Counted from the first letter of the whole stretch, positions 49,538 to 61,371 are shown. The stretch is 62,314 bases of DNA, filler included, from Dirinaria sp. TL-2023a (GCA_051941275.1; 17 parts of 17 records of this genome joined end to end with filler, not necessarily neighbours in it), one strand, 5' to 3'. Translations and numbers: made by a program. The notes: generated by a model from the letters alone, not told the origin.

Positions 49538-50062
49538 TATTTCTTGTCAGGATGACGGAAATGTTGGACCAAAAACTTCACCGGATATCGTCCACGGTGG
49601 GGTTTCTATTTTCCTTTACAATGAAAATAGCAGAAAGTTGACCAAGGACCAGATTGTGACTTCGCCATGAACGACATCCCGTGACTGACAACGCAACCAC
49701 ACCTCCACCCATGGTCAAGAGCAAAGCAATGCCAAACTCCTGTATTTGGGTACCGCTAGTGGTCATGGCTTTGCTTCTGACAGACTCCAAAACCATCGTC
49801 GCTGTCCGATCAGTGGAGACCAACAAACGAGCAACAAAGCCCAAAGGCCTTGCTTGATGAATGGACTGAAAGCAGCCCCGTCTGGTGCCCAAATACTCCA
49901 CTCAGGAAGGGCTGTGTGACTTACAGCAAGCAGCCGTGACCTTGTTCTCGAATCATCCCATGATAGCTTATCCCCTCGTTTTACACGCAAACCTGCAAGG
50001 ATCCGCAATCTATCTAGTGGCTGCACACATGATTGCTCATCGCTACTCTTCCTGCCTGTGGC

Positions 50063-50707
50063 TTACGCATCGTGGTGACGAGCTCGCTGATGCTCTCTTT
50101 GCGACAGTTCCGATCGAGGATCCCTAATCCTGCCCCCCTCGTCTTCGATCCTAACCCTCCGCTGCGGGTTTGGCGGTAACAAGGGCCTTTGGCCAGCCGG
50201 GACCCTCCCACCGTCATCTGGAACACCCAAGGCGCCGCTCATCTCATACCTCTCGCTTGATCGCCGCTCTCTTTGTTCTCCTCTTGAGTTCTGCTGAGTG
50301 CGTCTGCTGGACCTGCCCTTCTCGGAACCTCGACTAATCCTCCGCTGCGCATCAGCATTATCATCTCTAAGATCGCTATTCCGTCTCCTTCCATCGCTCT
50401 CCTTCCGTCTTGGACTAGTTCCTGGCTTCCCCTGCCGTGGACTCCGGCTTCTATCGTTTCGCTCGAGATCACGTCCTCGATCCCGTCTTTCCTCGCCCGT
50501 TTCACCATCTTCCCTCGCCGTCCTCCTGCTCTTCCTCCTCCGCGTTCCACCCCTCGAAGCCAGCCTCTGTCTGCTCCGCTCTTTCCTCTTCTTCAGCCTC
50601 CAGACTGCACAACCTATCACCCCGAGGATCCCCACTACTAGCATCAGAATCGCAGCAATGACCCCTCCCTTCTCGGCACTTGTCCAGCTGGCCCAGCCTG
50701 ATGGCAT
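50063..50707 (-). CDS. Hypothetical single-pass membrane protein with Arg-rich tail
   Basis: 214-aa ORF with the TM segment GVIAAILMLVVGILGVIGCAVW followed by a basic cluster (RLKKRKER). Confidence 0.55.
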   Translation of the reverse strand: MPSGWASWTSAEKGGVIAAILMLVVGILGVIGCAVWRLKKRKERSRQRLASRGGTRRRKSRRTAREDGETGEERRDRGRDLERNDRSRSPRQGKPGTSPRRKESDGRRRNSDLRDDNADAQRRISRGSEKGRSSRRTQQNSRGEQRERRSSERYEMSGALGVPDDGGRVPAGQRPLLPPNPQRRVRIEDEGGRIRDPRSELSQREHQRARHHDA

Positions 50708-51471
50708 GGGAACGTAAAGATGTGGCTGCGCCAGATTTTCGGTGGACTTTAGGAAGTGTGCGGGTTAGTGACGGGGATAACGTGAGTCTTCTCTTTTCTT
50801 TTCTGCTTACTCGATTTTTCTAGAGGAGAAATGAGAAAGAGGGGAAGAATAAGGTAGGAGTGAAAGTAGGCGCGTGTTGAAAGGGAAAAAGGAAGGAGCG
50901 AACCGGACACAGCGGGTTCACGATTGTTTTCTTGAACCTCCTTTTTTTTTTTCCCCCCCCAAATGCCAAATATCAAAGAAGTGGTAAGGAGCGGATGATG
51001 CTGCCTGCCTACTTTACCTGATTCAAACTCGTCTACGAGCAAGAAGCAGAAAAGGACGCAAGAAAGGAAGCTTGAACAAAATAGAACAGTGCAAGTGTTT
51101 TGCCAGCATATGTAATAAAAAAAGGGGTGAACGTAGATATGTTTTTGTTTACTTTATCTTTTTTCCCTCCTTGTGAAGACTGCGATGAGATGAGATAAGA
51201 TCTCTTCAAGTAAAGCACATACCTTACCTAGGCGCGTTGGCTTCACTCTACAGATATGTACATACATTAATTACTGATGTTTGCCAATCGCGTGGTCCTG
51301 CGGATTTGGGAGTGGGGTTTGCTAACCTTTTAGATACCTTACCTAGATTCGATGATTGTTTCTATAGGGGNNNNNNNNNNNNNNNNNNNNNNNNNNNNNN
51401 NNNNNNNNNNNNNNTTAATTAATTAANNNNNNNNNNNNNNNNNNNNNNNNNNNNNNNNNNNNNNNNNNNNA

Positions 51472-54400
51472 TCCAGTACCATACTAGGGGCCCAACAACA
51501 GAGTAATGATGGTGATGAAGAACAAACTACCATAGATGAAGAAACGGCTGAAGATGAAGAAGAAGATCTCTCGAGATTTGACCAAGTTTTTGAGTGCATC
51601 GATTTTGGAAAGGTAGCCGCTTATGCTACTAGCGTCCGTAGATCTCAAAAGGATGCTGACCCAACTGGTTCGCATGACATGGCGGACCCGCTGGAGCTGG
51701 AGATCGACTGCGACATCATGGGCCCACCTTTGTATGGATCTTTTCATATTCTCTTCCCTCTCGCATTCAAAGATGGCAAGAAGTGGATTCTCAAAGTCCC
51801 TGCTGCTGGTTATCGAGGTAAATGGGATTCTCTTGCTGCCAATTCCTTACGATCAGAGGCTTTAGTGATGCGGAAGCTCGCTTCCGAAACCACCATTCCA
51901 CTACCTACCGTGTACTCCTTCGACACATCTCTAGAAAACCAGCTCAAGTGTCCCTTCATCTTGATGGAGTATATGGAGGGAAGCCCATTGTACAACGGTT
52001 GGTTCAACGAAGCGTCTGACTCACTCGAAACGTTCCGAGCACATGCGCTGGAGTCTTTGGCGTCAGCTATGGTTCAACTCAGAGCATATACGTTTTCAAA
52101 AGGTGGTACCCCTTGTTTTGATGATGATGGTAACGTCACGGAAATTACCACCTCTCGTATCTTCGACTCATCAACGTCTTACAATAGACTCGCCCAGCCC
52201 GAGTGCGATGAGGGTGATCCATTCTGCAACATTGGTCCCTTCAACGATGAGCGTGACCGATTGCTGTACTTGTTGAACCGACACAGACCTGGTTCAACGA
52301 TGAGACAAGGATTTTACGAGATGCTGCGGCTCTTCATAAAATGGCTCCCGGAAGACCGAGTAACTGGATATGCGAGGTTTGTTTTGGCGCATCCTGACTT
52401 CGCCTTGCAGAATGTTCTCGTAGCCGAGGACGGTTCTTTGCAAGGGATACTTGACTGGGATGGTGTTTGCGCGTCATCGATAATGCAAGGTTGCGAGAGC
52501 TATCCTGTGTGGTTGACTCGCGATTGGACTGCGCAAATGTATAACTACGATACAAAAACAGGGCAGGCCAAAACCGAATACTACCCACGAGAAAACTCAC
52601 CTCAGGAGCTCGCTTACTATCGAAATATGTACAGCCAGTTCATGGAAAAGCTACTGGCGGAGAAAGAGCCTGACAACGGCCAGCCACGGATGTACCGCCC
52701 AGCTTTCACTGCAGCATCTTCTTTGACGCGCAAATCTCTTATAACAGCCAGTCTGGACGTCGCGGTGAACGATCCTATGTGCACGTTGGGCGTTGCAAGT
52801 CACCTTTTCGACGAAATTCGCCATCTCACAGCGCCAAAATGGGAGAAATTGATTCGAGAGGAAGAAGAAGAATGGAAAGAATATCTCGGTGTAGACGATG
52901 CGTCATCGGAATCAAATGCACCCGAGATGGAAGATGTTGCTCCTAGCGAACAGCCAGTTGAGGAAGAGCAACCGAGCAGTGCACCATTTCTAAATGCCTC
53001 AGTAGCAGCTGGACCCGAATATGGTGACAGCATTGATGGTACACCGGTGCCTGTCGCCACTGAAGCGCATCTAAAACACCTGAAGGAGCAAGTCTACGTA
53101 TGTGACGGAACGAGAACGACGGCTAGCCATGCTAGCTATGACCCACCTACCTCGAGTGCTCCTACAGATCTGGTTGAGTCAGCAGGAGATCAGAAATGCA
53201 ACGAAGGCAACAATGATTTTAGTGCACAAGTTAATGACGACACAGCCAGTCCAAGTTCTGCGCATGTCCCGTCATTGCATACAGATCTTTGCACTCACGA
53301 ATGCAAAGCGCTATACTGCGTTACACATCACAATTTGAAGGTGCCGTCAAGAGTTCTTCAGCTGTCACACGGTTTGCGCTCTATCGTTGACCGCTTACCC
53401 AGTCAAGGAGCTCAGAACAAGCGACGATGGCTCAAAGTACCATCAATGGTCTGCAATGCGTCGGATCACCTTCGAAGCTTGGCCCACCATTTGCCCGAGA
53501 AAGAAGCTGGAGACCGAGCTTGCTTCAACCTTCCCCACGTGCTGTCTGCAATCTCGGATAGATTAAAAACCACTAGCACCAAATTCCACCACAGCCAAGA
53601 AAAGGTTCTACCTGTTCAAGAACCCCAGCCTCCGACAGTGAACAAGCTGGCCCCGAACTTGTGGCCTTCATGGGCTGTATGCTCCCGCAATTCGATCAAT
53701 GGCCCTTCATTGTTGTTGAGTATCTCCGGGCAACTCTACAAGGCAGCTGAGCGCCTGCATGCACAGGAAATGTCTACGGACGTGAGCAAGGGCGTTTCCC
53801 TTCATGAGAGTCACGGGGCCGAGAAGGATGTTTCCTGGGTTGACGTAGCGCAAGAGATGGAGAAGCATGGTATAGCACCGGCCGATATCTACAAGCACTG
53901 CGACAGTATTGCAGCCTTGGTAGAGGAAATTGGACTGGCGGAGAAAGGTATGAGACCCCCAGAGAGGGCGCTTGAGTCTGCTGGCGCAGATATTAGTCTA
54001 ACAGCAGAACTAGCCTCTCCAAGTACTGATCACGACACCAATAATTCCGCTAGTGCTGTCTGTGAGCATGAAGAGCAGCAGCAACATGCTCACGAGCCTA
54101 GTGTCGCAGTCGACTCGGAGAAAGTAATGCATAGTAAAGAAGCAATCGAGAACAATAAGCCAGCCCCATTTGCTGCGGCAAAGGCCGCAAAAGAAGAATC
54201 AACAACTACAGCGAATGTTCAGCAGGGCAAAATGGAATTACCTGGCGACGGAGCGCTCACTAAAGAAAACGAACAAGACCAGAAAGAAGAAGCATCGCCC
54301 AACAACAACAAGGGAAGCACTGAGGATACCGAAGATGATGATGACGACGAGGAATACATCAGCTACAAAACCCTCGACTACGATTTCAATGCCGGGGAGG

Positions 54401-54489
54401 TGGCTCTCGGATTGATGAACGGGACGCTCCACCCTCTAAACCGCCACCGGCTCCAAGAGGGCTTCTACAAGCTATGGGCAATAACATGA
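51472..54489 (+). CDS. APH/choline kinase-like phosphotransferase with long low-complexity C-terminal region, 5'-partial
   Basis: Frame open from the contig start. Motifs GSFHILF.LAFKDGKKWILKVP, LRSEA, IPLPTVYSFD, PFILMEYMEG, Brenner motif HPDFALQNVLV, GILDWD. Confidence 0.9.
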   Translation, partial: SSTILGAQQQSNDGDEEQTTIDEETAEDEEEDLSRFDQVFECIDFGKVAAYATSVRRSQKDADPTGSHDMADPLELEIDCDIMGPPLYGSFHILFPLAFKDGKKWILKVPAAGYRGKWDSLAANSLRSEALVMRKLASETTIPLPTVYSFDTSLENQLKCPFILMEYMEGSPLYNGWFNEASDSLETFRAHALESLASAMVQLRAYTFSKGGTPCFDDDGNVTEITTSRIFDSSTSYNRLAQPECDEGDPFCNIGPFNDERDRLLYLLNRHRPGSTMRQGFYEMLRLFIKWLPEDRVTGYARFVLAHPDFALQNVLVAEDGSLQGILDWDGVCASSIMQGCESYPVWLTRDWTAQMYNYDTKTGQAKTEYYPRENSPQELAYYRNMYSQFMEKLLAEKEPDNGQPRMYRPAFTAASSLTRKSLITASLDVAVNDPMCTLGVASHLFDEIRHLTAPKWEKLIREEEEEWKEYLGVDDASSESNAPEMEDVAPSEQPVEEEQPSSAPFLNASVAAGPEYGDSIDGTPVPVATEAHLKHLKEQVYVCDGTRTTASHASYDPPTSSAPTDLVESAGDQKCNEGNNDFSAQVNDDTASPSSAHVPSLHTDLCTHECKALYCVTHHNLKVPSRVLQLSHGLRSIVDRLPSQGAQNKRRWLKVPSMVCNASDHLRSLAHHLPEKEAGDRACFNLPHVLSAISDRLKTTSTKFHHSQEKVLPVQEPQPPTVNKLAPNLWPSWAVCSRNSINGPSLLLSISGQLYKAAERLHAQEMSTDVSKGVSLHESHGAEKDVSWVDVAQEMEKHGIAPADIYKHCDSIAALVEEIGLAEKGMRPPERALESAGADISLTAELASPSTDHDTNNSASAVCEHEEQQQHAHEPSVAVDSEKVMHSKEAIENNKPAPFAAAKAAKEESTTTANVQQGKMELPGDGALTKENEQDQKEEASPNNNKGSTEDTEDDDDDEEYISYKTLDYDFNAGEVALGLMNGTLHPLNRHRLQEGFYKLWAIT

Positions 54490-55122
54490 AACACATCTCC
54501 TACAAAGCACAACACAAACCTCGCTCAAAGAGATTAAAATCAAAGAAAATCCCCTGAAACAAAAAATAAAAGGGCACGTCCAGCATCCGGCGTGGGGAGG
54601 CAAAGGGGAAGATATGGATCCGTTCTCTCGTACAATAAAGACCTGAAAATGGCAGAGAACACGATTAATAATCGTGGCGAGAGCGGTGGAGAGGAGGGTA
54701 CTGATCTTTGGAACGTGGGACGGGGAAGGTGGAAATAAGGTGGAATGCAAGGAAGAGTGCTATGATGAGGAATAGCATTATTGTATATGAATGACAGGAG
54801 AGGGATTGAGTGGAGAAATTTGATGGTTGAGATAGATTAGATTAGGCATATTTATTGGAAATTTAGATAAAGTATAGGATCCACCAAAGTAACAGGATGA
54901 AAACGTGGACGTTATATCATACCAAATGTGGTAGAAAATCTTAACCCGAAACCGTGAACTTACATCCATACAGTATACTTACGAAAAAAAGAAAAACCTA
55001 AATCTGCCGTCCTTATCGAGACNNNNNNNNNNNNNNNNNNNNNNNNNNNNNNNNNNNNNNNNNNNNTTAATTAATTAANNNNNNNNNNNNNNNNNNNNNN
55101 NNNNNNNNNNNNNNNNNNNNNN

Positions 55123-55679
55123 GGATTGGGGGGACGGAGGAGTTGGGGATGGCGGATATTCATGGTGAGTGGAGTTGCGCTACTGGGGAATTCCATCTTG
55201 GAGGGGTTGGGTTTGTTTGATTGATGCGAGCTTTTGTAGCTGTTTGGCCCTTCCACTGGCTTCTGGACCTCGAGACCGCGATTCCCCCCGAGGTTTTTGG
55301 TAAAGAGCATTTTCCCCACACTCATGCTTGGATTGGCCGCTTCTCCGCTGCTGTAAAGTCCGCTGAGGCTTCGGCGCCGAAGCCGTCCATGTTGAAAGGC
55401 GCTGAAGCGCTTCAGCATATTACGCAGGCGGAATATTTTGATGACGAGGAGGGGGTTGATCCCAAGGATCCGCTTGGCCTGGAAAAGGGTCAGGATGTTG
55501 AAGTGTGGCCCACTGATACCGGGTTCAAGCATAGGGATCGGGGAAGGCTGATTAGCTTGACGAGGGATGAGGTGGTTATCGCGGCGCAGACTAAGGTTGG
55601 TGGGAAAGAGGTCAGGATTCATGCGCCTAGGTCCGGCTTTCGAGTGAAAGCTGTGCAAGGTGGGGATGCGAAGCTGTAG
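55123..55679 (+). CDS. Glutathione S-transferase-like protein, C-terminal exon(s), PTS1
   Basis: VWPFHWL, FPHTHAWIGRF, DPLGLEKGQDVEVWPTDTG, G.L..LT.DEVVI, VRIHAPR.GFRV match a fungal GST family with a C-terminal beta domain. Ends AKL. Confidence 0.75.
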
Positions 55680-55866
55680 TTAGATATATTCGGCCCTCCC
55701 ATAGAAACCATAATTATCATCTTATTTGGCCAGTCTGGATAACGGTAACTAAACCGTAACTTCTAACCATGAAGAATCGACCTTGTTAGATATCCCAATG
55801 CTAGTTGTTGAATTGAAGAAGTCCTCGGCGAAGTTCAACAGGCATAGGCCCACTTTCGTGCGGTGC

Positions 55867-56955
55867 TTACGTAGGCTCATTCTTTCCATTGCGGTCATCC
55901 TCCTGCTTGAAGATGCTTGTGAATCGTTTCGAGATCCAGCTCCATGAGTCCTCGTTTACCGCCTCCTTAGCCCTTCTCTTGAGCTTGTCTTCATTTGGCT
56001 CCACTTTCGGCCTAGCTTCGATGATCCACAACGTCCCGAGGTGTTTTCTTCTCATGCTCTCAACTACAAGTCCACTGTCTTCAACATATCGCGAAATATC
56101 ACGATTCCACCAACAGCCATGGCGATCCGCGTGCTTTGCTGCTGTCATGTCCAAAACTTTATTGATCCACTGATAATAACTTCTCCCGTGCTCCATGAGC
56201 AAGATCTTCCCATGTCTTGGATGAGCCAGCTTGCCAAGGTGCATCAGCAATTGAGTGGGCTGAGGATTGGAACATAAGCCCATGGTTTGGACCACAGTAT
56301 CATAGATTCCCTCCTCTTTCACTCCCCTCGTGATACTCTTTGGTAGGGGATCCAGCGCCGACTGGGTGATGAACGTGGCGTTCGCATATTTCGGGTGCGC
56401 CTCCTTGAATTTTTCTCTCGCAATTTCTGTCATAGGTCGACTCAGGTCCACAAATGTTAAGCTCTTACACTTATCGAGCTGGTAGAAATTGTGATTTCTG
56501 CCCGTGCCTGTGCTAACCTCGAGAACTTGCCCACGGGCTTTCCGCACGAGAAGCCTTCGCTGACGCGTTATACCGTTGAACCATTCAGAGAAAGAGACAT
56601 CGGAGTCGAAGGATTCGGCTGTGATATCATAGCGACTGGATACGTCCGTGTCCTGGACGGGTAGTCCAGAATCTGGCGTTTGCGTAATCGATGTGTAGGC
56701 GTAGAAAGCATAAGCTGAAAAGCCGTAGATCAAGAGCCCACCAACAATCAGGGATGTCTTGCCATACCGCTGAGGGGATTTGGGAAGCGTCTTGGGGAGC
56801 TCTTGGGTTTGGCGGCTGCTAAGCCATCAGTATGTCTTCGTGATGCATTCGGGCGATCATTGAGAAGTATGCGAGGCTTACCAGGGTGGTGCTTGAGATG
56901 GTTCATACGGCAGCGGTGCCTGAATTGTGGTTCTTGGAAGAGGCTTGTCTCTCAT
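55867..56955 (-). CDS. OMS1: Mitochondrial SAM-dependent methyltransferase OMS1-like
   Basis: TM segment, then A.SFD, VLEVSTGTGRN, YDTVVQTMGLCS, LLMEHGRS, HGCWWNRDI. Probable intron at about 56819-56880; start uncertain. Confidence 0.85.
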
Positions 56956-57200
56956 GTGGACTGAGTGCTTCTATCATGTACCCGGAAGAAAGCCGGCCTT
57001 TCAAAGAACTACTGTAAGGCGCCAATGGCCTCCACCAGATGATCAGAGTTCGAGTTACCGCGCCTCAACTGCCAAGCCTCGGCTATCTGATTGACGGTTT
57101 AGCCCTCAAGCTGAAAGTAAGATTACTGTATGCCATGCATGAAGACAAATGTATCAAGATCCGTAGGCTGTACAGCCCCCAACAGATCTTCCTTCTCAAG

Positions 57201-58330
57201 ATGCCTGTACACCATCATCGAGGCACTGCCCATCGCTCTCGTAGTCCGAAAAACTCACATTCCCCATCCAGACGCCGGCGCTCCCACTCTCCGCTCCATC
57301 CGCGTGCCGATCAGTCCTTGGCGCGCAAAGGTCAACGCCATGAACGATCGCTTTACAGCAACCTACCTCCGGGCACTCCCGAAATCAGTAAGCACGACTT
57401 TAGAAGGTTTCGATCCGTATTTGCCCTTTACCTCGAGGTGCAGAAACAGCGGGACATCAATGAGTTGCCAGACAAAGAGGTGATGGGCCGATGGAAGAGC
57501 TTCGTTGGCAAATGGTAAGCCGAACCGAAACATGAAGCTTTGAAACGAGCTTTGCGCACAAAGTGCTGAGCTAACAGTCGTGAGGAATCGCGGAGAACTA
57601 GCAGAAGGATGGTACAGCCCACAGACTTTCGAAAGGGCCGAGGCTTGGGTAACAGACACCCCACCAGACGCTGCAGAAACTCGAATCAACGCTGCTGCAT
57701 CCGGAGATCCAGGGATCGCCCTTGACGTCAGCAGCGATGAGGACATACCTGGACCAGTGCTACCGAGCCACTCCATTCCGGTCGCGAGTAGCACTAGGCG
57801 ATCGGGACCTACGATACCCAGTCTCCAAGATTTGGAGCTACAGCAAGGTAAGACGACGCGTGCTTGGATCCATAGATATGTTGACTCATGATGCTTTAGA
57901 AAACGCCACCGAAGAGTCCCTCCAAAAGCGCGAACATCTACGAGAATTACGGCGGCTCGATCGTAAGCAGCAGAAAGCTCAAACCGAGGACCTTCTACCT
58001 CGCGCTGAGGCTGGCACCAAGGAGCGCATGTTGGAAAAGAAGCGAGAGAAAGCCGATGCCAACCGCGCCTTCGCAGCTGGGAAGACGGAAGCCGGCGGTG
58101 TCGACGATGTAGCGGACAGCGATCTGCTGGGTGGGGAGGACGAAGGCATCGAAGGGTACAAGAAGCAGAAGCGGGAGATGGAGCGGAAGAAGAATGAACG
58201 AGAATTGAAGAGGGAAGAAATCTTACGGGCGAGGCAGACAGAGCGCGAGGAACGTTTGCAGAAATACAAAGAGAAGGAAGAGCGGACCATGAGTGGGTTG
58301 ATAGCACTGGCCAAAGCGAGGTTTGGATGA
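57201..58330 (+). CDS. Conserved fungal hypothetical protein (RS-rich N-terminus, coiled-coil C-terminus), 3 exons
   Basis: FALYLEVQKQ, GRWKSFVGKW|NRGELAEGWY, GPTIPSLQDLEL, LPRAEAGTKERMLEKKRE, ending LAKARFG. Introns at about 57515-57584 and 57848-57899. Confidence 0.8.
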
Positions 58331-59448
58331 AATGGAGTCGAAGGATAGAGCTGCAGGATGCCCATATATTTCATTTGACAATTTCATTTGACAATTGATG
58401 ATGCCTATGAAAGCTACGTCGTCTTTTGTCAACGGATATGATCTTGCATGTGAAGTGTTGACCACATCCCTCTTTGGGCACTCGAATCACGGCAGCATCG
58501 TGGCGACTACGTTGGGAAATTCCAATCCCTCAACTCCCGAAAGTACCTTGGACTGCTGCGAGAATGGTCAAATAATATGGGATTGAACAATGCTCTGAAT
58601 AATGTTGATATGCGTGGCCATTGATCGCAATAATTTGTTCCGTATGAAATCGCCTCCCTCCCCCACCATNNNNNNNNNNNNNNNNNNNNNNNNNNNNNNN
58701 NNNNNNNNNNNNNTTAATTAATTAANNNNNNNNNNNNNNNNNNNNNNNNNNNNNNNNNNNNNNNNNNNNCCCCAAGAGTACCGAGATACGCCCAGATGCT
58801 CAAGACAACAAAAAGGCACACCGTTCTGGATTAGAAAAGGTAAGGCAGCCTACAGATCGAAGCATTCGAATTGAACAGACGTCTGATTCATCTGGCCAGC
58901 TTTGACTCCCACCTTGACTCTAGGGATTATGTGATCCTAATAGCAAAGCTCAAAGAAAAGTATCATTGGATGTAGTATGTGATACTGAAAAATCCTCGCA
59001 GAGAAAGTCTACCTTATGGTTGGGCTCCCTTCTCTTGGCCGGTTCAAAGATGATTTGGCGCGCCCCTGCCCCTGCATTATGTTGTGAGGGAACACTCATC
59101 ATATAAATGCATACCTGAAGGGCGCTGTACGATTTTCGATCGCAACCTCTGCTCTCGCCTTGTTTCGGTGTGTCTCCGACTATCAATCTCATCCTACCTA
59201 GTCAAATGCGCAACGGAGCATCTCCGTTTGCCAAATCTTCAAGGCTAAGGACTATTCTAGAACATACATAATCCGTAGATCTGCACTCATCTTGCGGCAC
59301 AAAGCTGTTTCGCGTTGGACCGTAGGATAGACTACGTATTGGTGGCTTAAGCAATTCATCCGATAATGTGTGCGGCTACCGTGGCCACAGGATAAATATC
59401 TAGAATGCTCCGCCAAACAACAAGACTCCGATATCAAACTACAGTCGC

Positions 59449-60663
59449 CTAGATCACCACATCTCCGCCTGCATATGATGATTTGGACCAGTATAATCCA
59501 TCCGGTGTCCACTGCACCAAGGATTTGTATTCATCGAATAAGTTTCGGCCGAGGATGCCGCGACCTGGACCCCTCGCCTCAGCATCCTGCAAGCTGAAGC
59601 CGATGCTACCGGGTGGGCCTCGAGCTCCTGCCTTCGCAAGCCCATCAGCCACACGATTTGCCTCCCTCGGTACATGTTCAAGCACAAGCGCAACGCCATC
59701 GCTCCGGAATACTTCTACCGCTTTGTCCATTATTTGAAATAGGTCTTTGTTTGCGACGGCCTTCTTCTGTGCGGTACGGTAACCATTAGTCTTCCACATC
59801 GGAATCCAATCATTCAATCCCTGTACAGCATACATCGAATCCGTTAAAACACGGATCCGATTGCAAGGGATGCCTCGTGCATAGATGAAGTGCAAGGCAC
59901 GGATAACGGCGACGAGCTCCGCCCGCTGGTTTGTGTGCTTTTCTTCAAGAGGTAGCAGATTTCCAATATCCCAGTCTCTTGAAAGTTGAGGGAAATGAAT
60001 GCCGTAACCTCCACGGGCTGGGTTATCCTGGCTTTGCCCATTCGATAGGCAACAACCATCTGTGAAGACGACCAGTTCCTCGAGAGTGTCAGGCGGCCGA
60101 GCTGGCAGTTCTAACTGGAAGCCGTTGTCGGTCCATTGCGCACGAATGAAGTAATGTTGTAAGAAATCCATGCCGAGTATAGCGACAAATTGGGATTCAA
60201 ATTCGTGACGGCAGAATATGTGGTTGACGACAAAGAAATCATGCTTAAAGGAGTAACCCTGATGTTGGAGATGGACCGTGCCGATACCGCTGACCTTCCA
60301 CTTCGGTGCAGTCTTGTCATTCAGCGGATCCTCGCCCCTCATATTCCCAAGAGTAGTTGAAAAGGCAACGCGGGATATTCCGACCGAGCCCAGAGAGCGT
60401 TGTGAGCAGGTGACACCTTCGAGGGTCTTGCCAGCGACATGAGCCCGGAAGAAGGACTCTAAAATTAGACTTCTACTTGTGCTATCCTGAACTATAGCTT
60501 TGAAGGTCACAGGAGGGGTATCGACGTCCCCGGGTAGAATCATCTCCACGCCGGACATCTTGGGCAAGGCAGACAGCTCGCCAGAAAGATGGAGCATGCT
60601 TAGAGTGATAGAGCAGGGACGGAGCACCTCAGCATGAGTCGTCGTAGGCATCGTGTGAGGCAT
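59449..60663 (-). CDS. Retropepsin-like domain fused to cellular-type RNase H
   Basis: C-terminal half has VFTDGCCLSNG, TNQRAEL, LTDSMY, W...W..NGY, VANKDL, HVPREANRVADGLA (D-E-D-D intact). N-terminal half has FKAIVQDSTSRSLI...GTVHL...FFVV...ILGMDFL. Confidence 0.85.
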   Translation of the reverse strand: MPHTMPTTTHAEVLRPCSITLSMLHLSGELSALPKMSGVEMILPGDVDTPPVTFKAIVQDSTSRSLILESFFRAHVAGKTLEGVTCSQRSLGSVGISRVAFSTTLGNMRGEDPLNDKTAPKWKVSGIGTVHLQHQGYSFKHDFFVVNHIFCRHEFESQFVAILGMDFLQHYFIRAQWTDNGFQLELPARPPDTLEELVVFTDGCCLSNGQSQDNPARGGYGIHFPQLSRDWDIGNLLPLEEKHTNQRAELVAVIRALHFIYARGIPCNRIRVLTDSMYAVQGLNDWIPMWKTNGYRTAQKKAVANKDLFQIMDKAVEVFRSDGVALVLEHVPREANRVADGLAKAGARGPPGSIGFSLQDAEARGPGRGILGRNLFDEYKSLVQWTPDGLYWSKSSYAGGDVVI

Positions 60664-61371
60664 GACACCGTTTGTTCTGCGACTCGTAAGGACAGCTGCT
60701 AATGGAGACGCCTTGAGAGGTGCACTTTTTTGGGATGGAGGATTGTGCTGAAAGGAGGTAAAACTTTGTAAACGTCGTTAAGAGAGCAGGAAGAGAAAAG
60801 CCGAGCAATATCAATATTACTCAATTGACTATTGAGAGGGGTTTCAGAAGCAGTAGCGAACCGCTTCATCCTAAGCTAACCTGCCGGTGCCCGTCGGTGT
60901 CGACGGGCACATAAGGTATCTCTTCGTTATGAAACGACGATAGGCTCCATAACTTTGTGCTGCGTCTGTGCAAAGCACCGGTAAAAACGAGTCACCAAAA
61001 GACCCTCTAGTACAGAAGTCTAAGGTACGCTAGAAGTCCTAGCTAGCATAGCGTACGCCGAGACCGAGTCGTCTGGGCAAGGTAAGCTTTGGTGAGCGTA
61101 CGATAGGTGCGTCTTGGGTAGAACTTGGCTGATCAAGGGCGAGACACTTAGGTGGTCACTCCAGCTGATCGAACGAGTGGCAGTGATTTCGCTAGTCGGG
61201 GCCTATGGCGAGGACTTGTAGATTGAAAAACAGGAGAGCTGGTTCAATCGAATACAAGTAATGTAAGGTAGATAGATAACCCTAATCTACCCTAATAAGC
61301 GAGGTTGCCTGACCTTATCACCCTCATCCGGCAATCTGGTCATACAATGGGAAATCTAATGGAATTCCAAC

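Noticed and set aside
57363..58374. Long antisense ORFs (314 aa, 131 aa) and similar shadows opposite EHD3, TBP, PI-PLC and the FAD oxidase
   Set aside because: They are opposite-strand shadows of real genes with biased codon usage and have no family motifs.
3597..58769. Regularly spaced TTAATTAATTAA every ~3.67 kb resembling a repeat array
   Set aside because: Always flanked by exactly 44 Ns on each side and separates size-sorted contigs: an assembly linker. ORFs running into X residues are artefacts.
61278..61295. Telomerase RNA template (TAACCCTAA)
   Set aside because: Only ~80 nt from the oxidase start codon in a ~700-nt intergenic gap; Pezizomycotina telomerase RNAs are far longer.
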